From positions 320,001-384,000 of the forward strand of contig CAVSIV010000001.1 in the NCBI GenBank assembly GCA_963728205.1: DNA of 64,000 nucleotides, written 5' to 3'. The stretch is from an uncultured Chloroflexia bacterium (GTDB lineage: Bacteria > Chloroflexota > Dehalococcoidia > UBA2979). The notes under the pieces are model-generated. The model was not told the origin of the DNA. It did no database searches and worked only from the letters and a program-made list of their open reading frames with translations. The translations under genes and the position numbers were made by a program. Positions 29,227 through 39,651 of the stretch are shown piece after piece; position 1 is the stretch's first letter; every line of letters starts with the position of its first letter.

Positions 29227-29733
29227 CTAGCCCCCGAGCTCGAAGCGGGCGAAGCGCGCGATGCGCACGTTCTCGCCCGTCGTCGCGATCGTCTCCTGCA
29301 CGAGATCCTGGATCGACTTGCCGGCGTCCTTGATGAACGCCTGCGTCATGAGGGCGTGCTCCTCGGGCTTGCCGGGGGCGTCCGCCGGTACGTCCTCGGG
29401 GTTGAGGGCGAGCGGGTTCATCGCCGCGACCTGCATCGCGACGTCGCGCGCGAGCTGACGGAAGCCGTCGGTGCGGGCGACGAAGTCGGTCTCGCACTGG
29501 ACCTCGACGAGCGCGCCGATCCGGCCGCCGCCGTGGATGTAGGACTCCACCATGCCCTGGCTCGTCTCGCGCTCGGAGCGCTTGGCGGCGGCGGCGACGC
29601 CCTGCTCGCGGAGGATCTTCTTGGCCTCCTCGAAGTTGCCGCCGGCCTGCTCGAGGGCGCGCTTGCTGTCCATGACGCCGGCGCCGGTCTCTTCCCGGAG
29701 GCGCTTCACGTCGTCGGTTGTGACCACCGTCAT
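29227..29733 (-). CDS. tsf: Elongation factor Ts (short form)
   Basis: VKRLREETGAGVMD.K, SYIH, CETDFVART, GENVRIARFARFELG. Confidence 0.96.
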   Translation of the reverse strand: MTVVTTDDVKRLREETGAGVMDSKRALEQAGGNFEEAKKILREQGVAAAAKRSERETSQGMVESYIHGGGRIGALVEVQCETDFVARTDGFRQLARDVAMQVAAMNPLALNPEDVPADAPGKPEEHALMTQAFIKDAGKSIQDLVQETIATTGENVRIARFARFELGG

Positions 29734-29865
29734 GCTCCTTGTGCCGTCGACGCGCCCCGGGCGCTTCTCGCCCCGGACGCGCCGCGCTGTCGATGCCGCT
29801 GTGACCGCGAGGGAGCGGCCGGCGCACCGGGCCCGTCCCCTCGATGTGTGGCTGGAGAGCCGGGG

Positions 29866-30675
29866 TTAGTTGCCGTCGCCCGCGGGCGCCGCCGCTGCGG
29901 CCGCCTCGGGCTCGTCCGACGCGGCGACCGCGTGGAACTCCTGCTCCACCTCGCCGACCGCGATGCCCTCGAGGACGGCGTCGGCGATCCGGCCCGTGAT
30001 CAGCTGGATGGCGCGGATCGCGTCGTCGTTCGACGGGATCGGGAAGCTGATCTCGTCCGGGTTCGCGTTCGTGTCGCACATCGCCACGATCGGCAGGTGC
30101 ATGCGGTTCGCCTCGTGGATGGCGATCTCCTCCATCGTCGGGTCGACGACGAAGAGCAGGCCGGGCAGGCGGCCCAGCGTGCGCATCCCGTGGAAGGAGC
30201 GCGCCAGGCGCTCGAACTCCTTCTGCAGCACCATGCGCTCGCGCTTGGTGAGGCTGGTGTCGGCCGCGATCACCTCGGCGGCTTCCTCGGTCGCGCCGGC
30301 GGCCACGCCGAAGCGGCGCTCGAGGCTCTTGTAGTACTCGATGCGCTTGGCGATGGTCGCGAAGTTCGTGAGCGTGCCGCCGAGCCAGCGCGTGTTGATG
30401 TACGGCATGCCGCAGCGCTCGGCCTCTTTCTGGACGATCGCCTGCGCCTGCTTCTTCGTGCCGACGAAGAGCACCTGCTCTCCGCTGGAGACCACCTCGC
30501 GCACGGTGTCGACGGCGTAGTCGAGCCGATGCACGGTCTGGGCGAGGTCGAGGATGTGGATCCCGTTGCGCTCGGTGAAGATGAACTGGCGCATCCGGGG
30601 GTTCCAGCGGCGAGTCTGGTGGCCGAAGTGGACTCCGGCTTCCAGCATCTGCCGCATGGTGACGCCTGCGGCCAT
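29866..30675 (-). CDS. rpsB: 30S ribosomal protein S2
   Basis: LEAGVHFGHQTRRWNP, RWLGGTLTNF, IPSNDDAIRAI. Confidence 0.97.
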   Translation of the reverse strand: MAAGVTMRQMLEAGVHFGHQTRRWNPRMRQFIFTERNGIHILDLAQTVHRLDYAVDTVREVVSSGEQVLFVGTKKQAQAIVQKEAERCGMPYINTRWLGGTLTNFATIAKRIEYYKSLERRFGVAAGATEEAAEVIAADTSLTKRERMVLQKEFERLARSFHGMRTLGRLPGLLFVVDPTMEEIAIHEANRMHLPIVAMCDTNANPDEISFPIPSNDDAIRAIQLITGRIADAVLEGIAVGEVEQEFHAVAASDEPEAAAAAAPAGDGN

Positions 30676-30776
30676 CTGTGCTGCCTCCTGTGTTCACACT
30701 GCCGTCGCATAGATTTGGCCCCGCTGGCGGCGGGGACAGGCGTCGGCCTCTCGGTTCTCGTAACCGAACGAGTATA
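30676..30776 (-). promoter_or_regulatory. rpsB promoter (-10 TATACT) and structured 5' leader
   Basis: TATACT on the minus strand at 30771-30776; leader with ccccgc..gcgggg stem; leader function inferred from known S2 autoregulation. Confidence 0.4.
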
Positions 30777-30932
30777 GGCGGGCGCGCCGGACACGAGGAA
30801 GGGTGGGGGAAGCGGTGCGCCGCGCTCCGATCCGCCCTCCCGCGCGCGGCGGCTGACGCCGTTATGGGCTCCGGGCGGCGCGCGGTCGGGCAGGGGCGCC
30901 GGGAGGGCCCGGGGCCGGCAGGGCGACCGTAC

Positions 30933-31859
30933 CTAGGGCAGCTTCCCGCGCTCGTGCGCTTCCTCGATCTCGTACCGGACCTCGAGCTCGCGCTCGTGCT
31001 CGGCCGCGGCCTCGCCGCTGAGCACCTCCTCGGCGGCCTCATCGGCCGGCGCGCCGTGGACGGCGTGCCCGTACTTCAGGAGCGCGACGAAGCACGCGCC
31101 GCCGAGCGCGTTGCCGATCGTCGTCCACAGCAGGAAGCCGCCGAGCGTGAGCGGGTCGAACTGCTTGAGCGCGAACATCGCCGCGCCGACCTCGACCGCG
31201 CCGGCGATCGAGTGACCGAGGCGGGCGATGCCGATGGACGCGGTGACGAGCCAGACGAAGACGATCTGGCTGAGCGTATCGCGCGTCGCGGAGACAAGCC
31301 ATGCCAGCAGCCCCATGAGCCAGCCGGCAACGACGCCGCTCAGCAGCAGCAGCCACCAGGCATGCGCCGTGAGCGGCGTCGCGATGCGCTTGAAGGCGTC
31401 GGGCGTCGCGAACCCGAGTCGCGGCCCGATGAACGCGAGCATGGCGGCGAACAGGAGCGCCCCCGCGATGTTCGCCACGTAGAGGAGCGACCACAGCCGC
31501 GCGAGCGCCGCCACCGTGGCGCGCCCGGCGAGCACCGGGAAGACGGCGAGCGACGTGTGCTCCGTGAAGAGCTCCGACCGCCCGAGTACGACGAAGATGA
31601 AGCCGACCGCGTAGAGGTTGGCGAGGATGAGGCGCTCGAGCGCCGGGTCGACGCGCTCGCCGAACTCCGTCGCGATCGCGGACATCAGCAGGACGCCGAA
31701 CCCGATGTCGAGCCCTGCCGAGAGCCCCGAGATGAGGAGCCCGATCGCCGGCCGGCGCAGCTCGCCGAGCCCGGAGATGATCTCCTCCACGAGCATGTCG
31801 TGGTACGGCCGCAGGGAGTGCGCATACGAAGGTGGCTCTTCGACGGCGGGGCGGGCCAT
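30933..31859 (-). CDS. Formate/nitrite transporter (FNT) family protein
   Basis: LLISGLSAGL, GFIFVVLGRSELFTE, GHSIAG, TIGNALGG. Confidence 0.88.
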   Translation of the reverse strand: MARPAVEEPPSYAHSLRPYHDMLVEEIISGLGELRRPAIGLLISGLSAGLDIGFGVLLMSAIATEFGERVDPALERLILANLYAVGFIFVVLGRSELFTEHTSLAVFPVLAGRATVAALARLWSLLYVANIAGALLFAAMLAFIGPRLGFATPDAFKRIATPLTAHAWWLLLLSGVVAGWLMGLLAWLVSATRDTLSQIVFVWLVTASIGIARLGHSIAGAVEVGAAMFALKQFDPLTLGGFLLWTTIGNALGGACFVALLKYGHAVHGAPADEAAEEVLSGEAAAEHERELEVRYEIEEAHERGKLP

Positions 31860-31969
31860 GAATCGAATCGTACGAGTGTGATGCATCCGGTCGGAGTCGG
31901 GCGGCGGCGGAGGCTCGGGATCCGAGCCTGGCGTGGTTGAAGGGGATGGCCGGCCAGATCGGCCGCAAA

Positions 31970-32299
31970 CACCGTCCGACCGCGGCCGACGGAGTCCGCG
32001 CCCCGGCGCCGGCCGACGCCGCGACCCCCACTGCCCGACCGCGCGCCGACGGAGTCCGCGCCCAGCGCCGGCCGACGCGCCGCCGCGGCCCGCACTGCCC
32101 GACCGCGCGCCGACGGAGTCCGCGCCCAGCGCCAGCTGGCGCGCCGCCGCGGCCCCCACTGCCCGACCGCGCGCCGACGGAGTCCGCGCCCAGCGCCAGC
32201 CGCCGCGCCGCCGCGGCCCGCACTGCCCGACCGCGCGCCGACGGAGTCCGCGCCCAGCGCCAGCTGGCGCGGACGGAGGAGGATCCCGAGCGCGGCGAA
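31970..32299. repeat. Tandem array of a 64-bp GC-rich unit (about 5 copies)
   Basis: cactgcccgaccgcgcgccgacggagtccgcgcccagcgcc starts at 32029, 32093, 32157 and 32221, with a degenerate copy at 31970. Confidence 0.92.
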
Positions 32300-32412
32300 A
32301 CATTGTCGGATCCGGTGCTCCTGCCTACACTGATTCATCTGGCAGGTGCTCGCCTGCGCCTTCAACATCCGGCCCCTACCGGAATCGGGCGCACCGCCCA
32401 GGAGGAATTCGC

Positions 32413-32727
32413 GTGCCTCTGTATGACTATCGTTGTGAAGCCGGACACAAGTACGAGCTGCGCCAGCCGTTCGGCTCGCCGTCCGAGCATCCCTGCGAGA
32501 AGTGCGGCAAGCCGGCCCGCCGCGTCCTCCACGCGCGCCCGCTGCTCTTCAAGGGCTCCGGCTTCTACTCGACCGATTCGCGCGGCTCCAGCTCGCGCCG
32601 CACCTCGAGCGGCGCGTCGTCGAGCGCGTCCTCGTCCGACGACGCACCTGCCGCGTCGGAGTCGAAGGGCAGCAGCGCGAAGGCGGAGAAGCGGGCCGCG
32701 AAGGCCGCCGAGCTCTCCTCGGACTAG
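32413..32727 (+). CDS. FmdB family zinc-ribbon protein
   Basis: [27 protein letters not shown], Ser-rich tail; RBS AGGAGG. Confidence 0.9.
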   Translation: MPLYDYRCEAGHKYELRQPFGSPSEHPCEKCGKPARRVLHARPLLFKGSGFYSTDSRGSSSRRTSSGASSSASSSDDAPAASESKGSSAKAEKRAAKAAELSSD

Positions 32728-32740
32728 CCGGCGGCCCCCG

Positions 32741-33238
32741 GTGCGCGCGGTCGTCCAGCGGGTGACGCGCGCCTCGGTCACGGTCGACGGCGACCGCATC
32801 GGCGCGATCGACCGGGGGCTACTCGCCTACGTGGGCGCCGCACCGGGCGACGGCGCGGCCGAGGTCGAGTGGCTCGCACGCAAGCTCGCCGAGTTGCGCG
32901 TCTTCACCGACGACGCCGGCCGCATGAACCGCTCTGTCGAGGACGTCGGGCGGGCCGTGCTCGTCGTCTCGCAGTTCACGCTCTACGCCGACACCCGCAA
33001 GGGCCGCCGGCCGTCGTTCTTCGATGCCGCGCCGCCCGACGTCGCCGCGCCGCTGATCGACGCGTTGGCGGCGGCGCTGCGCGCGCGCGGGCTCCGCGTC
33101 GAGAGCGGTCGCTTCGGCGCGCACATGCTCGTGGACGCCGTGAACGACGGCCCGGTGACAATCATCCTCGACAGCGCGGAGCGCGACCGCCCGCGCCGCT
33201 CCGCTCACACAGGCGAGCCGCCTGCCGGCGACGCGTAG
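32741..33238 (+). CDS. dtd: D-aminoacyl-tRNA deacylase
   Basis: [35 protein letters not shown]. Confidence 0.95.
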   Translation: MRAVVQRVTRASVTVDGDRIGAIDRGLLAYVGAAPGDGAAEVEWLARKLAELRVFTDDAGRMNRSVEDVGRAVLVVSQFTLYADTRKGRRPSFFDAAPPDVAAPLIDALAAALRARGLRVESGRFGAHMLVDAVNDGPVTIILDSAERDRPRRSAHTGEPPAGDA

Positions 33239-33996
33239 ACCGCGACCGTCACGTTGTCGACGCCGCCGCGCGCGAGGGCCGCGTCGACGAGCCGCTGCGC
33301 CACGCCGGTGGAGGGGTCGCTCAGGAGCGCGGCGATCTCGTCGTCGGGCAGCATGCCGTGGAGCCCGTCGGAGCAGAGCAGCAGCACGGCGCCGGGCGGG
33401 AGCTCGATGTGATCGAAGACGTCGGCCAGGCCGTCGTTCCCGGCGCCCGTCTCCGTGGCGTCGCCGTCGCGTCCGCCGCGCGTGGTGGGGCCGCCGAGCG
33501 AGCGCGTGATCACGTGGCGGCGGACGGGAACGATGGGGTCGTCGGGCGCGAGCCTGCCGGCGCGGATTTCCTCTTCCACCCACGAGTGGTCGTGCGTGAC
33601 GCGGTGCAGCGGGGCGCCGTCGGCGCCCGCCACGTACGCGCGGCTGTCGCCGACGTTGGCCACGCACGCGCGGCCGTCGCGCACGAGCGCGGCGACGAGC
33701 GTCGTGCTCATGTGCGCGTGTGCGCCCTGCTGGCCGGCGAGGATGCGCCGCCGCGCCTCGGCGATCGCGGCGCGGAGCGCGCCGGCACCGGCGTCGCCAT
33801 CGTCGGCCGCGTCGTCCGCCGCCAGCCGCTCGACGAGCGTGTCCACGGCGATCCGCGACGCGACCTCGCCGCCCGGGTAACCGCCGAGCCCGTCGGCGAC
33901 GACGAGCAGCGCGCCGTCGCCCGGCAGCGCGCGCGTCGCCACGGCGTCCTCGTTGCCGCTGCGCACGAGCCCGCGGTGGGTCGCCTGCTCGAGCAT
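33205..33996 (-). CDS. PP2C/PPM family Ser/Thr phosphatase
   Basis: [32 protein letters not shown]. Confidence 0.93.
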   Translation of the reverse strand: MLEQATHRGLVRSGNEDAVATRALPGDGALLVVADGLGGYPGGEVASRIAVDTLVERLAADDAADDGDAGAGALRAAIAEARRRILAGQQGAHAHMSTTLVAALVRDGRACVANVGDSRAYVAGADGAPLHRVTHDHSWVEEEIRAGRLAPDDPIVPVRRHVITRSLGGPTTRGGRDGDATETGAGNDGLADVFDHIELPPGAVLLLCSDGLHGMLPDDEIAALLSDPSTGVAQRLVDAALARGGVDNVTVAVYASPAGGSPV

Positions 33997-34121
33997 GCGC
34001 GTTCCTCCCGGCGTCCGATGCGACGGCCCGCGCATCGCGCGGCGGCCGCTTCACTCCTATCGAGCGTACCCGTGGCGCTCACCCGTAGACGCGCGGGATC
34101 GCCCCGACTAGGCTGACCTCC

Positions 34122-35039
34122 ATGTCGCCGGACGCCCCCGACTCTCCGCCTGCGCGGGTCGTCCTTCCCGACGGCCGTGCGCTCGCCTACGCCGAGTTCG
34201 GCGACCCCGCCGGCGTCCCCTTCATCTTCATGCACGGCGTCCCGTCCTCGCGGCTCGCAGGAATGCTCTTCCACGACGGCGCGTGTCGCCGCGGCGTGCG
34301 AGTGATCGCCCCCGACCGCCCGGGCTACGGGTGGTCGGACCTCAAGCCGGATCGCGCGATCCTCGACTGGCCGGCGGACGTCGTCGCGCTGGCCAATCAC
34401 CTCGGCATCGGGCGCTTCGGCGTCGTGGGGATCAGCGGCGCCGTGCCGTACGTGCTCGCCTGCGCGATGAAGCTGCCGCAACGCGTCAGCCACGTCGCGA
34501 TCATCAGCGGGCTCGGTCCGGTCAAGGAGCCGGGCGTGATGGACGGCATGAACGCCGAAACCGCCACGCTCTACAAGCTCGCGACGCGCTCGCCGCGACT
34601 CGGTCGCATGTGGATGAAGATGCTGGCGCAGACCGCGAAGCGCGCGCCGCTGCTCGTCTACCGGCAGCAGCTGAGCTACCTGCCCGAGGCCGACCGCGCG
34701 GTCTTCGAGCCGACGCACATGCGCGACCACCGTCTCGCCGACTTCGCCGAGGCGTTCCGCCAGGGCTCGACCGGTGCCGGCCAGGAGGCCGTGCTGCACA
34801 TGACGGACTGGGGCTTCCAGCTCTCGGAGGTGCCCGCCGAGGTCTTCCTGTGGCAGGGCGAGGTCGACCGCCACCACCCGCTCGCGATGGGCCGGTACCT
34901 CGCCCGCGAGCTGCCGCGCTGCCGCGCGGAGTTCGTGCCGGAGGTCGGCGCGTTCGGCTTCATCGAGCGCCTCGACCACATCTTCGACGCGCTCATCGGC
35001 TGCCCCGCGGACTTCCGCCTGGATGCGGCCGGGGGTTAG
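34122..35039 (+). CDS. Alpha/beta hydrolase
   Basis: LAYAEFGDPAG, HG.PSSRL, DRPGYG, GISG nucleophile elbow. Confidence 0.88.
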   Translation: MSPDAPDSPPARVVLPDGRALAYAEFGDPAGVPFIFMHGVPSSRLAGMLFHDGACRRGVRVIAPDRPGYGWSDLKPDRAILDWPADVVALANHLGIGRFGVVGISGAVPYVLACAMKLPQRVSHVAIISGLGPVKEPGVMDGMNAETATLYKLATRSPRLGRMWMKMLAQTAKRAPLLVYRQQLSYLPEADRAVFEPTHMRDHRLADFAEAFRQGSTGAGQEAVLHMTDWGFQLSEVPAEVFLWQGEVDRHHPLAMGRYLARELPRCRAEFVPEVGAFGFIERLDHIFDALIGCPADFRLDAAGG

Positions 35040-35233
35040 GCGAGCAGGGGCAGGCGGCTGCTCCCGGCCCCAGCGAACACCGACGTTCCTCTCCAACGTT
35101 CATGTTTCGCGAGCTGCTATGAGCGCGAGCGCGCCCGGCGATCGCCGTGCTCGGACCGGGCGCATGCCCCCTGCTTGCCGCGCCGCCGGTCACGTCCCCG
35201 TCGCCGTTTGACGTCGACGCCGATCCTGTTCGT

Positions 35234-36685
35234 ATGGCCCAGATCACCGAAGTGCGTGTCGAGCCGAAGCCCCTGGAGCGGTTCGCGCCGCTGATCGGCG
35301 CGGACGCCGTGGCGGCAGCGGACGAGCACGCGCAGCGCGTGCGCGAGCGGCTGGGCGCGCATTCCGTGTGGAACGTGAACTCGACCGCGACCGGCGGCGG
35401 CGTCGCGGAGATGCTCGCCACGCTGCTCGCCTATCCGCGCGACCGCGGCATCGACGTCCGCTGGGTCGTGATCGAGGGCTCGGTCGAGTTCTTCCGTATC
35501 ACGAAGCGGCTGCACCACGCGCTGCACGGGTCCCCCGGCGGCAGTGCCGCGCTCGACGACGACGACCGCGCCATCTACGAGCTCGTGCTCAACGACAACG
35601 CCGAGGAGTTGCTTCGCTTGATGACGCCCGGCGACGTCGTGATCCTGCACGACCCGCAGACCGCCGGGCTCGCGCCGCGCCTGCGCGAGGCGGGCATGTT
35701 CGTCATCTGGCGCTCCCACGTCGGCACCGACGACCACGCGAGCCGCGACGTCGTGCTCGGCTGGCGCTTCCTCCTGCCGTACGTGCGCGGCGTGCCGATC
35801 GCGATCTTCAGTCGCCGCGCGTACATCCCCGACGCGCTCGGCGACGGGCGCGCCCTTGTGATCCCGCCGTCGATCGACCCGTTCTCGCCGAAGAGCGAGC
35901 CGCTCGACCCCGTCACCGTCCGCGCGGTGCTCGAGCGCGCCGGCCTGCTCGCGGGGCCGGGCGCCGACAGGCCCGCGACGTTCACCGGCGTCGACGGGGC
36001 GCCGCGCACGGTCGACCGCAGCGCCGACGTGGTGCGCGACGGCGGGCCGGCGGCGCCGGACGCGCCGCTGGTCGTGCAGGTCTCGCGGTGGGATCCGCTG
36101 AAGGACCCGATCGGGGTGATGGACGGGTTCGCGCGAATGGTCTCCGCCGGCCGCGGCGGCGCGGGCGCGACCCTGCTGCTCGCCGGCCCGCAGGTCACCG
36201 GCGTCGCCGACGATCCGGAAGCAGGCGTCGTGCTCCGCGACGCGATTGGCCACTGGGAGTCGCTGCCCGACGCGGTGCGCTCGCGCATCCAGCTCGCGTC
36301 GCTGCCGACGGCGGACGTCGTCGAGAACGCGAGCATCGTGGACGCGCTGCAGAGTCACGCGAGCGTCATCGTGCAGAAGAGCCTGCGCGAGGGGTTCGGG
36401 CTGTCCGTGACCGAGGCGATGTGGAAGGCGCGGCCGGTCGTCGCGAGCGCGGTGGGCGGCATCGTCGACCAGGTCGAGGACGGTCGGTCGGGCGTGCTCG
36501 TGGACGACCCGCGCGACCGCGACGCGTTTGCGACGAAGCTCGCCGGGCTGCTCGAGAACCCCGAGCGCGCGGAGTCGCTGGGCGCGGCGGCCCGCGAACG
36601 GGTGCGCGAGGAGTTCCTCCCGGTGCGGCACCTCGTGCAGTACGCGCAGCTGATCGAGCGCTGCATGGAGGCGGCATCGACGTAA
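35234..36685 (+). CDS. GT4 glycosyltransferase, trehalose synthase (TreT)-like
   Basis: NSTATGGGVAEML, HDPQ, IWRSH, QVSRWDPLKDP, QKSLREGFGL..TEAMWK. Confidence 0.85.
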   Translation: MAQITEVRVEPKPLERFAPLIGADAVAAADEHAQRVRERLGAHSVWNVNSTATGGGVAEMLATLLAYPRDRGIDVRWVVIEGSVEFFRITKRLHHALHGSPGGSAALDDDDRAIYELVLNDNAEELLRLMTPGDVVILHDPQTAGLAPRLREAGMFVIWRSHVGTDDHASRDVVLGWRFLLPYVRGVPIAIFSRRAYIPDALGDGRALVIPPSIDPFSPKSEPLDPVTVRAVLERAGLLAGPGADRPATFTGVDGAPRTVDRSADVVRDGGPAAPDAPLVVQVSRWDPLKDPIGVMDGFARMVSAGRGGAGATLLLAGPQVTGVADDPEAGVVLRDAIGHWESLPDAVRSRIQLASLPTADVVENASIVDALQSHASVIVQKSLREGFGLSVTEAMWKARPVVASAVGGIVDQVEDGRSGVLVDDPRDRDAFATKLAGLLENPERAESLGAAARERVREEFLPVRHLVQYAQLIERCMEAAST

Positions 36686-36827
36686 TGCGCGCCGGTCCGA
36701 CGCGGGCATGCTGCCGCGCCGCCGCGCGGCCCGCCCACACACCTGCCGAGGGATCGACCGTCCCGGCGGCCCGGCCTAGACTCGAGCCCCCACCGTCTCC
36801 GCTGATGCCCGCCTGAAGGGCCGCCGC

Positions 36828-37964
36828 ATGCGCCTCCGCCGGATCGCGATGCTCGCGCTCACCGCCGCCGCCGTCGCGGCCGTCGCGGCGCTCGCCGCCT
36901 GCGGCGGCGGGCACGCCACGCCGACCGTGTCGCCGCAGCAGTTCGGCGACCTCGCGGTCGACGTCGGGACGGCGCTCGACACGCCCGCTCCCGACTTCGC
37001 GCTCACCGATCAGTTCGGGCAGCCCGTGTCGCTGAGCCAGTTCCGCGGCAGGGTCGTTGTGATGGCGTTCATCGACAGCGAGTGCACGACGATCTGTCCG
37101 TTGACGACGGAGTCGATGCGCAACGCCGTGCGGTTGCTGCCGGCAGACCAGCGGACGAACGTCGTGCTGCTGGGCGTGAACGCGAACCCGCGGGCGACGG
37201 CCGTGAGCGACGCGAAGGCGTACTCGATCGCACACGGCATCGAGAACGCGTGGCGGTTCGCGACGGGGACGCCGGCGCAACTCGAGGCCGTGTGGAAGGC
37301 CTACTCGATCGATGTGCAGGTGCGGCAGGGCGAGATTGACCACACGCCGGCGCTCTACGTGATCGACCCGCAGGGCCGCGAGCGCCGGCTGTTCCTGACG
37401 AGCATGCAGTTCTCGGCGCTCGCGCCGGAGACGTGGGTGCTCGCGCAGGCGGTGGCGGACCAGCTGCCGGGCCACCCGTCCGTGTCGCAGCCGAGCGACG
37501 TCGTGCACCTGCCTCCGGCGATGACGGCGGCGACCGCGCCCTCGCTGCCGAACGCCAACCCCGCGGCGGCGGCCGTCGCCGGCGCCACGCCGATTGTGCT
37601 GGGGAGTGGCGAGCCGCGGCTCGCCATCTTCTTCGCGACATGGGTGCCGGGCGCGGCGCAGGCGCTGGCGGACCTCGGGACGTACGGGGGCGCGGACGGG
37701 GGGCTGCCGCCGCTGGTCGCGGTCGACATCGGCAACACGGAGCCGTCCGCCGACGCGCTGCCCACGTTCCTGGCGAACGCGCCGTCGCGGATCGCGCTGC
37801 CGATCGTCGTTGACGCGCGCGGCGCGATCGCGGACGCGTACGGCGTCGAGGACCTGCCGTGGATCACGCTGACGTCGGCGACCGGCGAGGTGCTGTGGTC
37901 GCACGCCGGCTTCGAGCCGGCCGACCAGCTGGCCCGCGACGTGAAGGCGGCGCTGGGCGGGTAG
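36828..37964 (+). CDS. Lipoprotein with SCO/SenC domain and a second thioredoxin-like domain
   Basis: Lipobox LAAC; APDFALTDQ, CTTICP (CxxxC), IDH; second domain FFATWV lacking CxxC. Confidence 0.8.
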   Translation: MRLRRIAMLALTAAAVAAVAALAACGGGHATPTVSPQQFGDLAVDVGTALDTPAPDFALTDQFGQPVSLSQFRGRVVVMAFIDSECTTICPLTTESMRNAVRLLPADQRTNVVLLGVNANPRATAVSDAKAYSIAHGIENAWRFATGTPAQLEAVWKAYSIDVQVRQGEIDHTPALYVIDPQGRERRLFLTSMQFSALAPETWVLAQAVADQLPGHPSVSQPSDVVHLPPAMTAATAPSLPNANPAAAAVAGATPIVLGSGEPRLAIFFATWVPGAAQALADLGTYGGADGGLPPLVAVDIGNTEPSADALPTFLANAPSRIALPIVVDARGAIADAYGVEDLPWITLTSATGEVLWSHAGFEPADQLARDVKAALGG

Positions 37965-37990
37965 GCGGCAGGACCGCGGGCATCACCCAC

Positions 37991-38038
37991 AGCGGCGGCA
38001 GATATGCCGCCGACCCGCCGGGGGCAGATCTGCCGCCG
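37991..38038. repeat. REP-like palindrome doublet (CGGCGGCA-N4-TGCCGCCG family)
   Basis: agcggcggcagatatgccgccgac; its reverse complement matches 47332-47355 with one mismatch. Confidence 0.75.
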
Positions 38039-38108
38039 TTGCCCGAGGCACGGTTGGCGAGCGCCGCGATCCGGTCGCTTCCGCTCCCGGCTCGAAGCGC
38101 CCCCCGCG

Positions 38109-38180
38109 CCGACCGCGTGCCGACGGAGGCCGCGCCCGGCGCCAGCCGACGCGGCCGGAGGAGGATCAGAGCGCGGCGAA
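38109..38180. repeat. Single diverged copy of the 64-bp array unit plus its 3' tail
   Basis: ccgaccgcgtgccgacggaggccgcgcccggcgccagc..ggaggaggatc..gagcgcggcgaa matches 32227-32299. Confidence 0.75.
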
Positions 38181-39362
38181 TCACGGCACGCGCAGCGCCT
38201 GGCCGATCCGGATGTACCCCCGGTCGCTGATGCCGTTCACCTGCGCGATGCGGTCCGGCGTCGTGTGCCAGCGCGCGGCGAGCCCGATCAGCGTGTCGCC
38301 GGGCTGCACCTGGTAGGTCGTCGGTGCGGGCGGCGGCGCATGGCCAGACGGCGGCACCACGAGATGCTGGCCGATGCGCACCATGTTCGCGTCCGACAGG
38401 TGGTTCCACTGGACGATCGCGTCGACCGACGTCCCCCAGTCGATCGCGAGGGCACCCAGCGAGTCGCCGGAGCGCACGACGTAGGTGCCGGGCGGCGGGT
38501 TCTGCTTCAGCAGCTCGAGGACGCGCGTCGACGTCGTGCCGAGCCGCCAGACGGAGATCGAGCGCGCGCGATGCGAGTACGACTGGTCGATGAACTGCTT
38601 CCAGGTCTTCGTGCTGTCGTCGATGCCGGGGCCGATCGGCATCAGCGGCATCGCGGGCAGCTCGAGGGCGCCGATCTTGCGCGCGGCGGCGTCGAGCGCG
38701 AACGCCGGGGTGACGCCGGCCGCGCCCGGGTCCTCGCCCTCGCTGCGGTACTTCTTGATGTTGTTCGCCGTCGCGAAGTCGGTCCAGTAGACCTGCGGCG
38801 CGATGGCGCTGGCGAACGACGCGAACTCGCGCAGCGGGATGCGCGACATCTCCCACGGGCGGGCGTCGACGGTGACGAGCACCGACGCGTCCGGCCGCAG
38901 CTTGCGCAGCAGCTTGCCGTAGAGGCCTGCCGCCGCCGCCGATCCCGTCCAGAAGCCGGGGTACGACTCGAGGTCGACGAAGAGGCCGCGCGTGCCGGCG
39001 CCGAGGACGTCGGCGGCCATCGTCGCTTCCCTGACCGGGTCGGTGCCGTGGACGACGCACCAGCAGTAGAAGGGCACGCCGCGCGACTCGAAGGTGTCGG
39101 CCAGCTGCGCGATGCGCTTCGGTCCGCTGACGGCGGACTTCGAGTGGTCGTACTTCGCCATCCACTCGACGCCGTCGTGGCTTTTCAGCGCGATGCCGAG
39201 CCCGTAGGCGGCCAGCGTCTCGATAATCGGCTCGGGCGGGCCGTCGCGCGTGAAGTCCCACACCCAGGCGAGGTGGCTCGATGGGAGGACGAGCGCGCCC
39301 GCGGCGCCGGCTGCGCCCGCGAGAAAGCGACGGCGCGTGACGTGTCGTGGGGAGCCGGGCAT
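38181..39362 (-). CDS. Tat-exported protein with putative glycoside-hydrolase-like domain and two C-terminal LysM domains
   Basis: TRRRFL Tat motif; YVVRSGDSL..IA and YQVQPGDTL LysM repeats. Confidence 0.8.
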   Translation of the reverse strand: MPGSPRHVTRRRFLAGAAGAAGALVLPSSHLAWVWDFTRDGPPEPIIETLAAYGLGIALKSHDGVEWMAKYDHSKSAVSGPKRIAQLADTFESRGVPFYCWCVVHGTDPVREATMAADVLGAGTRGLFVDLESYPGFWTGSAAAAGLYGKLLRKLRPDASVLVTVDARPWEMSRIPLREFASFASAIAPQVYWTDFATANNIKKYRSEGEDPGAAGVTPAFALDAAARKIGALELPAMPLMPIGPGIDDSTKTWKQFIDQSYSHRARSISVWRLGTTSTRVLELLKQNPPPGTYVVRSGDSLGALAIDWGTSVDAIVQWNHLSDANMVRIGQHLVVPPSGHAPPPAPTTYQVQPGDTLIGLAARWHTTPDRIAQVNGISDRGYIRIGQALRVP

Positions 39363-39596
39363 CCGAGCGGGCCTTCCCTGGGGAGACGCCCGGAGCATAG
39401 AACTGCTAAAGCGCGAAGATCGATTCTCGTTATCGTCGCCTCCGAGCGGCCAACGGCGAGCGAGGTGCCGCGGGCGTGGAGAGCGCGCGGATTCAGCCAA
39501 GTTCGCGGATTTGCGGGACTTAGCGCGCGAGATCGCGAGCGACGGCACCGGCGAGCGTCCGTCGGGAGACGGAGCTCCTCGCCTGCCTGGAGACGA

Positions 39597-39627
39597 AACC
39601 GGGGTGGCTCGACGAGCCACCCCGGTT
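39597..39627 (-). terminator. Intrinsic terminator of the solute-binding protein gene
   Basis: 14-bp perfect stem aaccggggtggctc/gagccaccccggtt, 25 nt after the stop. Confidence 0.75.
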
Positions 39628-39651
39628 CGGTTCACCAACCGGCTCGCGGCG

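Noticed and set aside
31970-32299. CRISPR array
   Set aside because: The would-be spacers are nearly identical to each other and no cas genes are present; it is a tandem repeat
39363-39596. c-di-AMP (ydaO) riboswitch upstream of the LysM gene
   Set aside because: Only GCTGAATCC matches; the other conserved segments are not visible
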